A stretch of DNA of 63,851 nucleotides, the filler included. It is 6 parts of 6 records of this genome, joined end to end, with 100 filler letters (N's around TTAATTAATTAA, not from the genome) between each part and the next. Parts side by side here need not be neighbours in the genome. Positions count along the whole stretch, not along the records: positions 30,408 to 43,961 come from SRR20825010_4640; positions 44,062 to 48,957 come from SRR20825010_4656; positions 49,058 to 54,550 come from SRR20825010_4662; 3 more parts are not named here. One strand, given 5' to 3'. The position numbers and the translations under genes are program-made. Below, one piece after another: positions 39,463-49,352 of this stretch. Numbering within the stretch: the first letter of the stretch is position 1; the number at the start of each line of letters is the position of its first letter. The notes beneath the pieces were generated by a model that searched no databases, had not been told where the DNA came from, and was given only the letters and a program-made list of their open reading frames with translations.

Positions 39463-42400
39463 ATGCCAGCACAGACTCCATCGTCTCGTCGTCGAACTCG
39501 ACTAGCCACCTGGGTCGCCGCGACGATGACGATCAGTACTTTTCTGTACTCATCGACCAACGTCGTTGCGGAAGGTGAACCTGCTGAAGAATTTTTGAAG
39601 CGTCTTCGTGCGGCGGGATATTACGATCTGGCCAACGCGTACTTGGATCGATTGCCCAACCTTCCTGGCGTCGACCAAGGCATTCTTTCGGCGATCCCGC
39701 TGGAAAAGGCCCAGACATCGATCGATGCCGCCATCGCGTCCCGTAGCAACAGCCAACGAGATCAAGCGTTCGAGCAGGCCGAAACCGAACTGCAAGCTTA
39801 TGTGGACGCGAACTCGTCCCACGAACGGGCAAGTGAAGCCCGATCAATGCTTGGAAAATTGCAGATGGTCCGGGCCGCTCAGCATATGAGCGGTGAGTTG
39901 GATGCGGGAAAGCGATCCAAAGCGAGGGAAGCATATGCGAAGGCCGCGAAGACATTCGAGAACATCCAGTCGGATCTCAAGACCAAGCTGGAAGGCATGC
40001 AGGGCGCCAAAATTGACCCTCTGAAAGATCCCGAGAAGGCAACGCTGCGAGATCAGTTTCGGTTTGAGTATTTGATGGCTCGCCAAAACACTGGCGAAGC
40101 ACAGTTGATGGCAGCGAAGACTTATGAGAACCCATCGAAAGACGGCAAAGCGTTGCTTGAAAAAGCACTCGCTGAAATGGTGGAACTGAGCGAAAAGTAT
40201 GACAACTACATCATCGGTGCTTCCGCTTTTCACAAACGAGGTGACATCGAACGTTTGCTTGGTCAAAAAGACAAGGCAATCGAGAGCTACACGCGGATGC
40301 TGGAACAGGGAGAAGCTGATTCGCTTCGCGAGCCACAGATTGGTGCCACGATCGGACTGATCAAACTCGCGCTCGAAGAAGACCCACCGAAATACCAGGA
40401 CGCCATCAAACAGGGCGAGGAATTCGAAAAGTCGCTGAGGCCGGATGAGAAACGACTGGCTATCTCGCAGGAACTGCGAATCGAATTGGCCAAAGCGTTC
40501 ATTGCCAAAAGCAAAGACGAGAAAAACACCAAACCGAACGAGCGGAAGCGAGCCACCAGCGACGCACGACAACTTCTGCTGTCGGCGAGAAAGGTGGATG
40601 GTCCACACTCCGCGGAAACGAAAACACTTCTCGCCGACCTTGGGGTGCAATCCAGCGATGAAACGGTGGAACTGCCCACCGCCGACGATCCAGCCAGCTT
40701 CGACGAAGCGTTTCTTTCAGCGAACCAACTGGTTCAAACCAGTCAGCTGCTCAGCGATCAGCTGGAAAGACTTCGAGCCGACAAGGCGTCTGAAGATCAA
40801 ATCAAAGAAGTCAAAGAGTCACTCGTGGAGGCTCGTCAAACCGGAGTGATCATCCTGCGGCGTGGGCTGTCGATGATCAATTCCGAATCGGACACCATGC
40901 AGGTCAACGAAGCCCGCAAGTTCCTGACCTATTTGTTGCAGCAAGAACAAAACTTCCGAGATAGCTTTGTGACCGGTCGTTTCCTCGCGCAGAACGCCCC
41001 GGGAACCGACTCGGGATTGGTGGGTGGCGTTTTGGCACTTGGCTCCGCTCAGAAATTGATCGCGCAAGCTGGCGATCGTGAAGCGGAGTACTGGCTCAAA
41101 GAACTTCAATCTGTTGGCGACTATCTTGTTCGCATCTGGCCCGACGACCCCAAGGCCGCCGCGGCGCAAGACATCATGGTGCGTTTGGCACTGAGCAACG
41201 ATGACTTCGATGGCAGCCGGAAACTCATCGATGAGATGCCTGAAGGGCCGCAGAAGTTCATGCTGGCTCGTTTGCTTGGCCAATCGCTCTGGAACGATTC
41301 CATCCGTTTGCTCTCCGAAGAAAAAGCGGAGGAGTCGCAAACACAGATGAAGGCTGCGGCCAAGGAACTTCAAAAAGGCCTCAACGGAATCTCCGGCGGA
41401 TTGGTTTCGATGGAAGCATTCCAAGCGGCCCTGACACTTGCCAAAATTCAAGTTCGAACCGACGCTCCGGACAAAGCGGTCAAGACGCTCGACAATTCGA
41501 AGTACGGCCCCATCGCGAATCGATCCAAGATGGATCAGCCGTCCGCGTCCTTGATTTCCGATCTCTATCGAACAGAATTGCAAGCGGTCGTTGGGTTGAT
41601 GACAACCAGCGACAAAGGCACTGACAAACTGCTCGATCGTGCCGCCGGCGCGATCGATGAACTTCGCTCCAACGCACAAGGAGCCGACGGCGAGAAACGC
41701 TTGGTCAGCACATTCGTGTCCCTGGCAAACGACATCCGACAACAGCTGGACACAGCTCCTCCGGCCAAAAAAGCGAAACTCATCGACGCGTTTCAAGTCT
41801 TCTTGACCCGGATCGCCGATTCGACGGATGACAAAGCGACCCTGCAGTGGGTTGGCCAGACATTGATGGAACTGGGCGAGGCGAGCATGCCCGCTGGTAA
41901 AACGAAAGCCGAAGGCCAATCCGCCGCGCTGCTCAAAGCAGCCGCTGACACCTTCACCGATTTGAAAGATCCATCAGAAGCCGGCCTCGCCAATCGATTC
42001 TTACTCGGCAAAACACAACGTCTGCGCGGCGAGTACTCCAGCGCTCTGAACGAACTCGAAAGCGTCCTGAAGCAGAAGGCCATGATGCTGGACGCCCAGA
42101 AAGAGGCAGCTCTCACCTACGAACAATGGGCGGGCGAATTAGAACCAAAATTCGCGGGTCGTGCGTACAAGTCAGCACTCAGTGGCGGCCGCCCCGGACC
42201 GGATAAAAAGAACACCATCTGGGGTTGGGGGCGTATTAGTCAGCTCACTCAACGCAACGAACAGTTCCGCGATATTTTCTTTGAGTCTCGCTATCACGTT
42301 GCCCTTTGCCGATACCTCCAAGGCAAAGCGATGAACAACAACGCCATCATCGAACAATCGATTCGGGACATCACCGGGTTGGTTGTGCTGTATCCAGAAA

Positions 42401-42489
42401 TGGGTGGAGAAGAGCAAAAGCGAAAGTTTGATGCGTTGCTCAAACAGATTCAACGAACCGCGGGGCAACCCGTCGTTGGACTGAAGTAA
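39463..42489 (+). CDS. large exported all-helical TPR-like protein
   Basis: Signal-like N-terminus ending VVA-E; Ala/Leu/Glu/Lys-rich helical repeats such as YYDLANAYL and FFESRYHVALCRY. Confidence 0.75.
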   Translation: MPAQTPSSRRRTRLATWVAATMTISTFLYSSTNVVAEGEPAEEFLKRLRAAGYYDLANAYLDRLPNLPGVDQGILSAIPLEKAQTSIDAAIASRSNSQRDQAFEQAETELQAYVDANSSHERASEARSMLGKLQMVRAAQHMSGELDAGKRSKAREAYAKAAKTFENIQSDLKTKLEGMQGAKIDPLKDPEKATLRDQFRFEYLMARQNTGEAQLMAAKTYENPSKDGKALLEKALAEMVELSEKYDNYIIGASAFHKRGDIERLLGQKDKAIESYTRMLEQGEADSLREPQIGATIGLIKLALEEDPPKYQDAIKQGEEFEKSLRPDEKRLAISQELRIELAKAFIAKSKDEKNTKPNERKRATSDARQLLLSARKVDGPHSAETKTLLADLGVQSSDETVELPTADDPASFDEAFLSANQLVQTSQLLSDQLERLRADKASEDQIKEVKESLVEARQTGVIILRRGLSMINSESDTMQVNEARKFLTYLLQQEQNFRDSFVTGRFLAQNAPGTDSGLVGGVLALGSAQKLIAQAGDREAEYWLKELQSVGDYLVRIWPDDPKAAAAQDIMVRLALSNDDFDGSRKLIDEMPEGPQKFMLARLLGQSLWNDSIRLLSEEKAEESQTQMKAAAKELQKGLNGISGGLVSMEAFQAALTLAKIQVRTDAPDKAVKTLDNSKYGPIANRSKMDQPSASLISDLYRTELQAVVGLMTTSDKGTDKLLDRAAGAIDELRSNAQGADGEKRLVSTFVSLANDIRQQLDTAPPAKKAKLIDAFQVFLTRIADSTDDKATLQWVGQTLMELGEASMPAGKTKAEGQSAALLKAAADTFTDLKDPSEAGLANRFLLGKTQRLRGEYSSALNELESVLKQKAMMLDAQKEAALTYEQWAGELEPKFAGRAYKSALSGGRPGPDKKNTIWGWGRISQLTQRNEQFRDIFFESRYHVALCRYLQGKAMNNNAIIEQSIRDITGLVVLYPEMGGEEQKRKFDALLKQIQRTAGQPVVGLK

Positions 42490-42575
42490 CCCCGCCTCCC
42501 AACCGTTCGCGAAACATCATTCGTGATCTCCCACCGCGTTCACAACCTGCATTCACTTTTCAAGCACTGACATTC

Positions 42576-43610
42576 ATGTTCGCCATCGCTCGTCTTTCGA
42601 TTCGCTGTAGTGCCGTTTTGCTCGGATTGCTGCTTGCGTCCCCTGTCATGGCTCAAACCGACCGCCTCTACCCTCATGGTGGTGAGGTTGTCCTCGGCAA
42701 GATCAAATCGATCAGCAAGAACGGCATTGTGATGACGGTGTCGGGCAAAGACCAAACGTTCAACGCGGGCACGATCGAAAAGGTTCTTTTCCAAGGTGAC
42801 CCCGGTGAACTGACACAAGGACGAGAATTTGCGATCGACAACCAATTTGACCAAGCGATCGCAGAACTCAAAACCGTCGATGCGAGCAAACTGAACCGCG
42901 AGCCTCAAAAAGCGGACTTCGCCTACTACGTGATGTATTGCCAAGCCCAACAAGCATTGTCCGGCAATGGCGATTTGCGAGCCGCGGCATCAGCTGCACT
43001 CGGCTTTATCCAACAGAACACTGACTCCTGGCACTTTTATGACACCGCCAAATTGCTCGGTGACCTGGCGGTCAAATTGGGATCCTATGACCAGGCTTCG
43101 AAGTACTATGGTTCGCTTCGCAGTGCGCCGTCCACCGAGACAAAGATCGAATCGCTGTACTTGAACGCACTGGTAAAGCTGGCTCAGAACAAAGATTCCG
43201 AGGCTGCCAGCGACCTGCAAAAGATCATCGGCCTAGGTGTTCAATCCCCCGAGGGTGCTCGTCTTCAAACGCTCGCCAAAGCTGCGCTCGCGATCGCCAC
43301 GGCGAAACAGGGCAATGGCAAAGAAGCACTTGAGATGGTCAACGAATTGATCGCCAAGTTGAATCCCGCGGACACTGAGACCGCCGCCGAGATCTACAAT
43401 GCTCAAGGAGCCAGCTACGTGGCGATGGGCGACAACGAAGGTGCCTTGCTGGCTTACCTGCACACTCAGTTGATGTTTTCAACTCACCCCGGCCCGCATT
43501 CGGAAGCATTGAAACAACTGGCGGACCTGTGGACCAAAGTCGGCAAACCAGACCGCGCCGCCGAAGCCCGCTCCGAACTACAACAACGCTACCCCGGACT
43601 GAGCGGCTGA
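42576..43610 (+). CDS. exported TPR protein with a small N-terminal beta domain
   Basis: Signal peptide ending VMA-Q; TPR-like AEIYNAQGASY...ALLAYLH and EALKQLADLW; co-oriented with the upstream TPR gene. Confidence 0.8.
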   Translation: MFAIARLSIRCSAVLLGLLLASPVMAQTDRLYPHGGEVVLGKIKSISKNGIVMTVSGKDQTFNAGTIEKVLFQGDPGELTQGREFAIDNQFDQAIAELKTVDASKLNREPQKADFAYYVMYCQAQQALSGNGDLRAAASAALGFIQQNTDSWHFYDTAKLLGDLAVKLGSYDQASKYYGSLRSAPSTETKIESLYLNALVKLAQNKDSEAASDLQKIIGLGVQSPEGARLQTLAKAALAIATAKQGNGKEALEMVNELIAKLNPADTETAAEIYNAQGASYVAMGDNEGALLAYLHTQLMFSTHPGPHSEALKQLADLWTKVGKPDRAAEARSELQQRYPGLSG

Positions 43611-43961
43611 TTTCAAACGGCCGACGCGTTTGTATTGAAGACGGTAGCGAGGCTTCCACCCCGAGCTCGCGATGACGGCCCTATCCAGGGCGAATTCGCA
43701 TCCAAGGCTCCGGAGGAGTCCTCCTGAATCGCTCGGGGCGGGAGGCCCGAGATTGCAGGCCAAGTGGCTCACGGTGCCGCCCCGGCAGGGGCCGTCGAAA
43801 CGGAATGAGATGAGTTTCCCAAACGGTACCACCCGCCTTTGAGAAACCCGCATGATTCAACCACCATGCCCCCGGTGCGAAGCGGTGATTGGGAATGGCC
43901 TGGGTTGCAACCTGGCTCGACACTTGAGGGTTGCCCGACGGAACAGTTGAGGACAACTGTT

Positions 43962-44061
43962 NNNNNNNNNNNNNNNNNNNNNNNNNNNNNNNNNNNNNNN
44001 NNNNNTTAATTAATTAANNNNNNNNNNNNNNNNNNNNNNNNNNNNNNNNNNNNNNNNNNNN
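43962..44061. other. artificial contig linker
   Basis: 44 N + TTAATTAATTAA + 44 N. Confidence 0.99.
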
Positions 44062-44439
44062 CTGGATCAGAACCGCCGCTCCCGCAGAGTGCCCGATGGC
44101 AAGCACGGGTTCGACCGAAAGAGCCCGGATGAGATCGGCAAGCGCGCGCGCCATGCCCGGCAAGGTCAGGTCCTCCGCCTTCGCGCCACAGGTGAAGCCG
44201 TGCCCGGGCAGATCCATGGCGATCACCAGATAATGCCTGGAAAGACGCGGGATCAGGCCGCGAAAGGAATGGGTGGCAGCACCTGTTCCATGCACCAGCA
44301 GCGCCACCGGCGCCTGGGCATCGCCGATGCTCTGGACATGCCAATCCAGCCGGCCGACGCACAGCATGCGGCTTGCCTCGCGAAACGGCCAATCCCGGCC
44401 CGCATCTGCCAGAGTGGGACATGGGCCGGAGAGTGTCAT
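44062..44439 (-). CDS. bchO: BchO alpha/beta-hydrolase (Mg-chelatase accessory), 3' truncated
   Basis: DWPFREASR, WHVQ, HGTGAATHS, DLPGHGFT and GHSAG; ATGA overlap with bchD. Confidence 0.9.
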
Positions 44440-46271
44440 TGTCCGGCGCCTTTTGACAGTTCGGCGCTGACGATGGCGTTGACTGCGCTGGCCGAAACGA
44501 TCGGCAGCGGACAATATTGCGCCTGCATCGAGCGGGCCAGCTCGCGGGTGGCTTCGCGCGGCCGGCGGGAGATGTCTATCAGGATCGAGCGGTAGCCGAG
44601 CGCCGCGCCCTGACGCGCCAGCATCTGCGCGTCCTCGCCGGCCCGGATGCGGTCGGCCTTGCCGTCAAGCGCGATATTGCCGCTGCCATCGGTCAGGTAG
44701 ACGATCAGCGGCGACTGGCCACGGCGCTGCACCATCCCGGCAATTTCGAGCGACCGCCTTATGGCGCCCGCCAGCGGCGTTGGCCCGCCACCCGGAAGCC
44801 CTGTCAGCGAGCGCTTGGCGCGCACCAGCGAGCGGGTGGGCTCAAGCAGGGTCTCCGCCGACGATCCGCGAAAGCTGATCAGCGCGACCTGGTCGCGCCG
44901 GACGTAGCAATCGCCAAGCAGCAATTCGATCGCGCCCTTGGCTTCGGCCAGCCGCTCCATGGCCGTGGAGCCGGACGCGTCAACGGCGAAGATGGCGGTC
45001 GATTCGGTGCGGTGGCGGAAGCGGATATAGCGGAAGTCGCTGGGCAGGATGCGCAGCGGCGGGGCCGAGCCATCGGCGCGCAGGGCGAAATCCGGATTGC
45101 GCAACCGCTGCCAGGGGATGGCGGCGCGCAAGGTGGAGACGACATCGGGCCGGGCCTCGGCGTAGGGAGGGCGCGAGACGATGCCGGCGGGCCGGCCCCG
45201 GCGGCTGCCGGTCTTGATGCCGCCGGACTTTCCCGTGCGGGCCTGCCTGGCGGCCATCGACCGGTCCGGCCGGTCAAGTTCGGCAAGGACAGCGCGCGAG
45301 GCCTGGGCGGCGGCGACCAGCATGTCCTCTTCCGACGGGTCGGGCTGCGAAATCGCGGCATCCTGCTGATCTTCGCCGGATGGCGGCTCCGAGGGTGGCG
45401 GCTGATCGTCTTGATCGGCACTCTCGGGCGTGTCGGCAGGTTGCGGCTGTTCAGATTGCTGGGCCAGGTTCATGCCCAGGCACAGCCTGACCGCGGTCGC
45501 CAGATGGTCCGGCTTCACATCCGTGCTACTTTCGAGCACGGCCAGAATGCGGGCGACACGAATAAGATCAAGAGCCCGGCGGACAGGGCTTCCGGGCAGC
45601 GCCAGGCTGATAGCGGCGGCGGCCTCGCGAACCTCTTCGGGGACGGCAACCGCACGCATAGCCGGAGCACACTCGCCTGCTGATGGCAGCGGCTGAGCCA
45701 GCCTGTGGGCGAGACCTGGATCGCTCACCGCGTCATGGATCGAGAGGCCGTCGAGGTTGAGATCGAGCGTCAACCGGTCGGCCAGCGCCGGAGGCAGATC
45801 CTCCTCCTCGCCGGCGGACTCATCGAGTGCGATGAGCGAGAAGCGGGCCGGTTGAACGCGGCCGGAGGATCCTGTCGCCACGCCATCATCCAGCGCACGC
45901 CCGATGATCGCCGCACTGGCATCGGCCAGCCGCTCGGCCATGCCAAGGACGATGAAGCCGCCATCGGCGCGGGCCAGAATGCCGTTTTCATGCACCGGGC
46001 GCCCGGCGGCCAGGGTGGCGGCGATGTCGATCCCGCCGGTCAGCCGTCCGGCGGCGGACGAGGCCGGAACCCGGATCCACGGCAGGCCGCGGCCGTATCC
46101 CGCATTGAACAGGGCGTGGACCGTCTCGAGCCAGCAGTCCCGCACCGGGCCGGTTCCCGCGCGCAGCCTGATGCCGCCGATCAGTCCCGCACCGGCGACA
46201 AGGATCTGCGCCGAAAGAAGCGCATCCGCCCAGCGCGGGTTGATCTCAATGCCGTCAGTGGTTTCAGGCAT
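44436..46271 (-). CDS. bchD: magnesium chelatase subunit D
   Basis: Degenerate AAA domain (GGIDIAATL), Pro/acidic linker, vWA domain VDASGS...CYVRRDQVA...GGGPTPLA...LTDG. Confidence 0.93.
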   Translation of the reverse strand: MPETTDGIEINPRWADALLSAQILVAGAGLIGGIRLRAGTGPVRDCWLETVHALFNAGYGRGLPWIRVPASSAAGRLTGGIDIAATLAAGRPVHENGILARADGGFIVLGMAERLADASAAIIGRALDDGVATGSSGRVQPARFSLIALDESAGEEEDLPPALADRLTLDLNLDGLSIHDAVSDPGLAHRLAQPLPSAGECAPAMRAVAVPEEVREAAAAISLALPGSPVRRALDLIRVARILAVLESSTDVKPDHLATAVRLCLGMNLAQQSEQPQPADTPESADQDDQPPPSEPPSGEDQQDAAISQPDPSEEDMLVAAAQASRAVLAELDRPDRSMAARQARTGKSGGIKTGSRRGRPAGIVSRPPYAEARPDVVSTLRAAIPWQRLRNPDFALRADGSAPPLRILPSDFRYIRFRHRTESTAIFAVDASGSTAMERLAEAKGAIELLLGDCYVRRDQVALISFRGSSAETLLEPTRSLVRAKRSLTGLPGGGPTPLAGAIRRSLEIAGMVQRRGQSPLIVYLTDGSGNIALDGKADRIRAGEDAQMLARQGAALGYRSILIDISRRPREATRELARSMQAQYCPLPIVSASAVNAIVSAELSKGAGQ

Positions 46272-47295
46272 GCCCAACCGGCTCTCCCGCAACTTCGCTG
46301 ATCGCCCGGTCAACCCGGGTCTTCGAGCCGGCTTCGTCGAGCGGATCGCGGCGCAGGCGATGCCGCAGGGCCATTGGCGCGACCGCCAGGACATCCTGAA
46401 GCGTGGCTTCCTTTCGCCGCGAGAGAGCAGCCTTGGCGCGGGCCGCACGCATCAGTGTCAGTTCGCCGCGCAGGCCGTCGACACCCAGCCGCATGCACAG
46501 ATGGGCCATCATGGTCATCAGCCGTTCGGACAGCGCCACGGAACCCACCGCCTTGCGGCCGGCGACAATCCGCGCGGCAAGCCGCTGCTCGTCCCTGGCC
46601 CATTTGGCGTGGAATGCGTCCGCGTCCTGCTCATAGGCGTCGCGGCGCTTGAGCACCTCGATGCGCGAGGCAATGTCACGCGGGGAAGACACGTCGACCG
46701 ACAGGCCGAAGCGGTCGAGCAGTTGCGGCCGGAGTTCGCCCTCCTCCGGGTTGCCGCTGCCGACCAGAACGAAACGGGCGGGATGGCGCACGCTCAGGCC
46801 TTCGCGTTCGACCACGTTGACGCCGGACGCGGCGACATCGAGCAGCAGATCCACAAGATGATCCTCGAGCAGATTGACCTCGTCGACATAGAGAAAGCCG
46901 CGATGGGCCTTGGCCAGCAGCCCCGGCTCGAAGGCGCGTTCACCCGAAACCAGCGCCTTCTCGATGTCGAGCGCGCCGCAAACCCGGTCTTCGGTGGCGC
47001 CGAGCGGAAGATCGACCATGGGCGCCCTGGTCTTGATTCGGGCCGACTTCGGCGCGGTGGCGCAGACCGGGCACGGCTCGGCTGGCTGGGCCGGATCGCA
47101 ATTGTAACGGCATCCGCGGGTGCCGGCGAGCTCGGGCACCAGTTCGGCCAGCGCCCGCACCGCCGTGGATTTGCCGGTGCCGCGATCGCCAAACACCAGA
47201 ACGCCGCCCAGAGACGGCTCGACCGCGGCCATGAGCAGCGCGTCCTTCATTTCATCCTGGCCGACAATGGCACTGAAGGGATAGGGCTTTGCCAT
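46264..47295 (-). CDS. bchI: magnesium chelatase ATPase subunit I
   Basis: YPFSAIVGQ, GDRGTGKST, LYVDEVNLL, GNPEEGELRPQLLDRFG and LRHRLRRDPL. Confidence 0.96.
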   Translation of the reverse strand: MAKPYPFSAIVGQDEMKDALLMAAVEPSLGGVLVFGDRGTGKSTAVRALAELVPELAGTRGCRYNCDPAQPAEPCPVCATAPKSARIKTRAPMVDLPLGATEDRVCGALDIEKALVSGERAFEPGLLAKAHRGFLYVDEVNLLEDHLVDLLLDVAASGVNVVEREGLSVRHPARFVLVGSGNPEEGELRPQLLDRFGLSVDVSSPRDIASRIEVLKRRDAYEQDADAFHAKWARDEQRLAARIVAGRKAVGSVALSERLMTMMAHLCMRLGVDGLRGELTLMRAARAKAALSRRKEATLQDVLAVAPMALRHRLRRDPLDEAGSKTRVDRAISEVAGEPVGHA

Positions 47296-47378
47296 CGGTG
47301 GTGACCTCTCATTCCGTTCAAACCGCTGCCGCCCATGCTGTCGGGCAATGGATGGCAAGCGGGCCTCCCAGTCGATGA

Positions 47379-47420
47379 TGTCCATATTTTTAGACACCTC
47401 GACGTAAATTAGAATATACA
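47379..47420. promoter_or_regulatory. tandem PpsR/CrtJ boxes proximal to bchI
   Basis: TGTCCATATTTTTAGACA (47379-47396) is an exact TGT-N12-ACA; CGTAAATTAGAATATACA (47403-47420) has one mismatch. Confidence 0.8.
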
Positions 47421-47543
47421 CTCCAGCCCCATTTGCAATCTTGATAATGCCCGCGATGCCGCACTGGCGCAGGCTCGCGCACCAGCCCGATTCCGCCATC
47501 ATGATTGAAATCATTCGGGAAAACCCTGCAATACATGATGATG

Positions 47544-47586
47544 TGTCTATTCTATGTGACATTCATACTGTAATTATTTGTTTACA
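47544..47586. promoter_or_regulatory. tandem PpsR/CrtJ boxes proximal to dxs
   Basis: TGTCTATTCTATGTGACA (47544-47561) and TGTAATTATTTGTTTACA (47569-47586) are both exact TGT-N12-ACA, 7 nt apart. Confidence 0.88.
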
Positions 47587-47679
47587 TTTTCGCGTGTTGG
47601 GTCGAGTATGCAGCAGAGCCGGTCTCGATGCATGACCGTGTCTCGCGGATGCAAGACCCGGCAATGATGGAGGCAGGCA

Positions 47680-48957
47680 ATGGGGATCGTTTCGAAACCG
47701 GAGAATTCGACACCGATACTGGACGGTATCCACAGCCCGGAGGAAATTCGCCGGCTGGGCGATGCCGAGCTGGTTCGCCTGGCCGACGAGCTCCGGCGCG
47801 ATACCATTGCGAAAGTGGCCGCAACCGGGGGCCATCTGGGCTCCACCCTCGGCGTGGTCGAACTGACGGTTGCCATCCACGCCGTGTTCGACACGCCGCG
47901 CGACAAGCTGATCTGGGATGTCGGGCACCAGGCCTATGCCCACAAGATCCTCACCGGCCGGCGCCAGGCCATGGCAGGCCTGCGCCAGGACGGCGGGCTG
48001 TCGGGCTTCACCAAACGCTCGGAAAGCGTCTACGACCCGTTCGGCGCAGCGCATTCCTCGACATCGATCTCGGCCGGCCTCGGCTTTGCCGCCGCCCGGT
48101 CGCTGGGCTACGGCACCGGCGACGTCGTGGCCGTCATCGGCGATGGTGCCATGTCGGCGGGCATGGCCTACGAGGCGATGAACAATGCGGGCGCGCTGGG
48201 CAAGCGCATGTTCGTCATTCTCAACGACAACGAGATGTCGATCTCGCCCTCGGTCGGCGCCTTCTCCAGGCACCTTTCCGCGCTCTGCGCCCAGGCTCCT
48301 GCAATCGGCATGGACGCGGTGATGAAAAAGGCCGCGTCACTGCTGCCCGAACCCTTCAGGACCGGGGCAGCGCGGGCGCGCCAGGCCGTCGGCGCGCTGA
48401 CCGGCACGTCCAGCCTTTTCGAACACATGGGGTTTACCTATGTCGGCCCCGTCGACGGACACGACCTGCCGCAGCTGCTGTCGGTCCTGCGCACGCTGAG
48501 GGGCATCGCCGAGGGCCCCGTCCTCATCCATGCAATCACCCGCAAGGGTGCGGGCTATGCCCCGGCGGAAAACAGCGCCGACAAGTATCACGGCGTTGGC
48601 AGTTTCGATGCCAAGACCGGCACGCTTGCCAAATCCAAACCGGGGGCGCCGAGCTACACCAAGGTGTTTGCCAACGCGCTGACCGACGAGGCGAGCCGTG
48701 ACAGGGGCATCGTCGCGATCACCGCGGCGATGGCGTCGGGAACGGGTCTCGATGTGTTTGCCAAGGCCCATCCCGAACGGATGTTCGATGTGGGAATCGC
48801 CGAACAGCATGGCGTGACATTCGCGGCGGGACTGGCAGCGGCAGGAATGAAACCGTTCTGCGCGATCTACTCGACATTTCTGCAGCGCGCCTATGACCAG
48901 ATCGTGCACGATGTCGCCCTGCAGGGGCTGCCGGTCCGCTTTGCCATTGACCGCGCC
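47680..48957 (+). CDS. dxs: 1-deoxy-D-xylulose-5-phosphate synthase, 3' truncated
   Basis: [28 protein letters not shown]...[15 protein letters not shown] and [11 protein letters not shown]. Confidence 0.97.
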
Positions 48958-49057
48958 NNNNNNNNNNNNNNNNNNNNNNNNNNNNNNNNNNNNNNNNNNN
49001 NTTAATTAATTAANNNNNNNNNNNNNNNNNNNNNNNNNNNNNNNNNNNNNNNNNNNN
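48958..49057. other. artificial contig linker
   Basis: 44 N + TTAATTAATTAA + 44 N. Confidence 0.99.
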
Positions 49058-49352
49058 CGCCCAAGGCGGCGTCGGCTGCATTTCCGTCACCGCAAACGTC
49101 GCGCCCAAGCTGTGTGCGCAACTGCAAGAGGCCTGCCTTGCCGGGGATTACGCCAAGGCGCTGGAGATTCAGGACAAGCTGATGCCGCTGCATCAAGCGA
49201 TCTTTACCGAGCCGGGTCTGGTGGGCGCGAAATACGGTATGGCGCGGCTGGGGATGTGTTCCGAAGAGGTGCGCCTGCCGCTGCTGCCGCTGAGCGATGC
49301 GACCAAGGCCAAGATGGACGTGGCGCTGGTACATGCCGGTCTGCTGAAGTGA
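49058..49352 (+). CDS. dapA: 4-hydroxy-tetrahydrodipicolinate synthase, C-terminal fragment (not in the ORF track)
   Basis: My translation from 49059: [19 protein letters not shown]...[13 protein letters not shown]...EVRLPLLPL...HAGLLK*. Confidence 0.9.

Noticed and set aside
43620..43660. ACGGTAGCGAGGCTTCC resembles the 3' end of a c-di-GMP-I riboswitch
   Set aside because: The upstream GGCAAAC/GAAA/GACGCAAAG elements are absent. tmRNA and RNase P signatures are also absent from this region.
45904..47304. 466-aa and 388-aa (44517-45683) ORFs antisense to bchI/bchD, and the 357-aa ORF overlapping dxs
   Set aside because: GC-rich shadow frames with Arg/Ala/Pro-biased, motif-free translations.
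49112..49348. N-terminal extension of the 207-aa ORF in the track
   Set aside because: It overlaps the real dapA frame; the membrane ORF more plausibly starts at GTG 49349.
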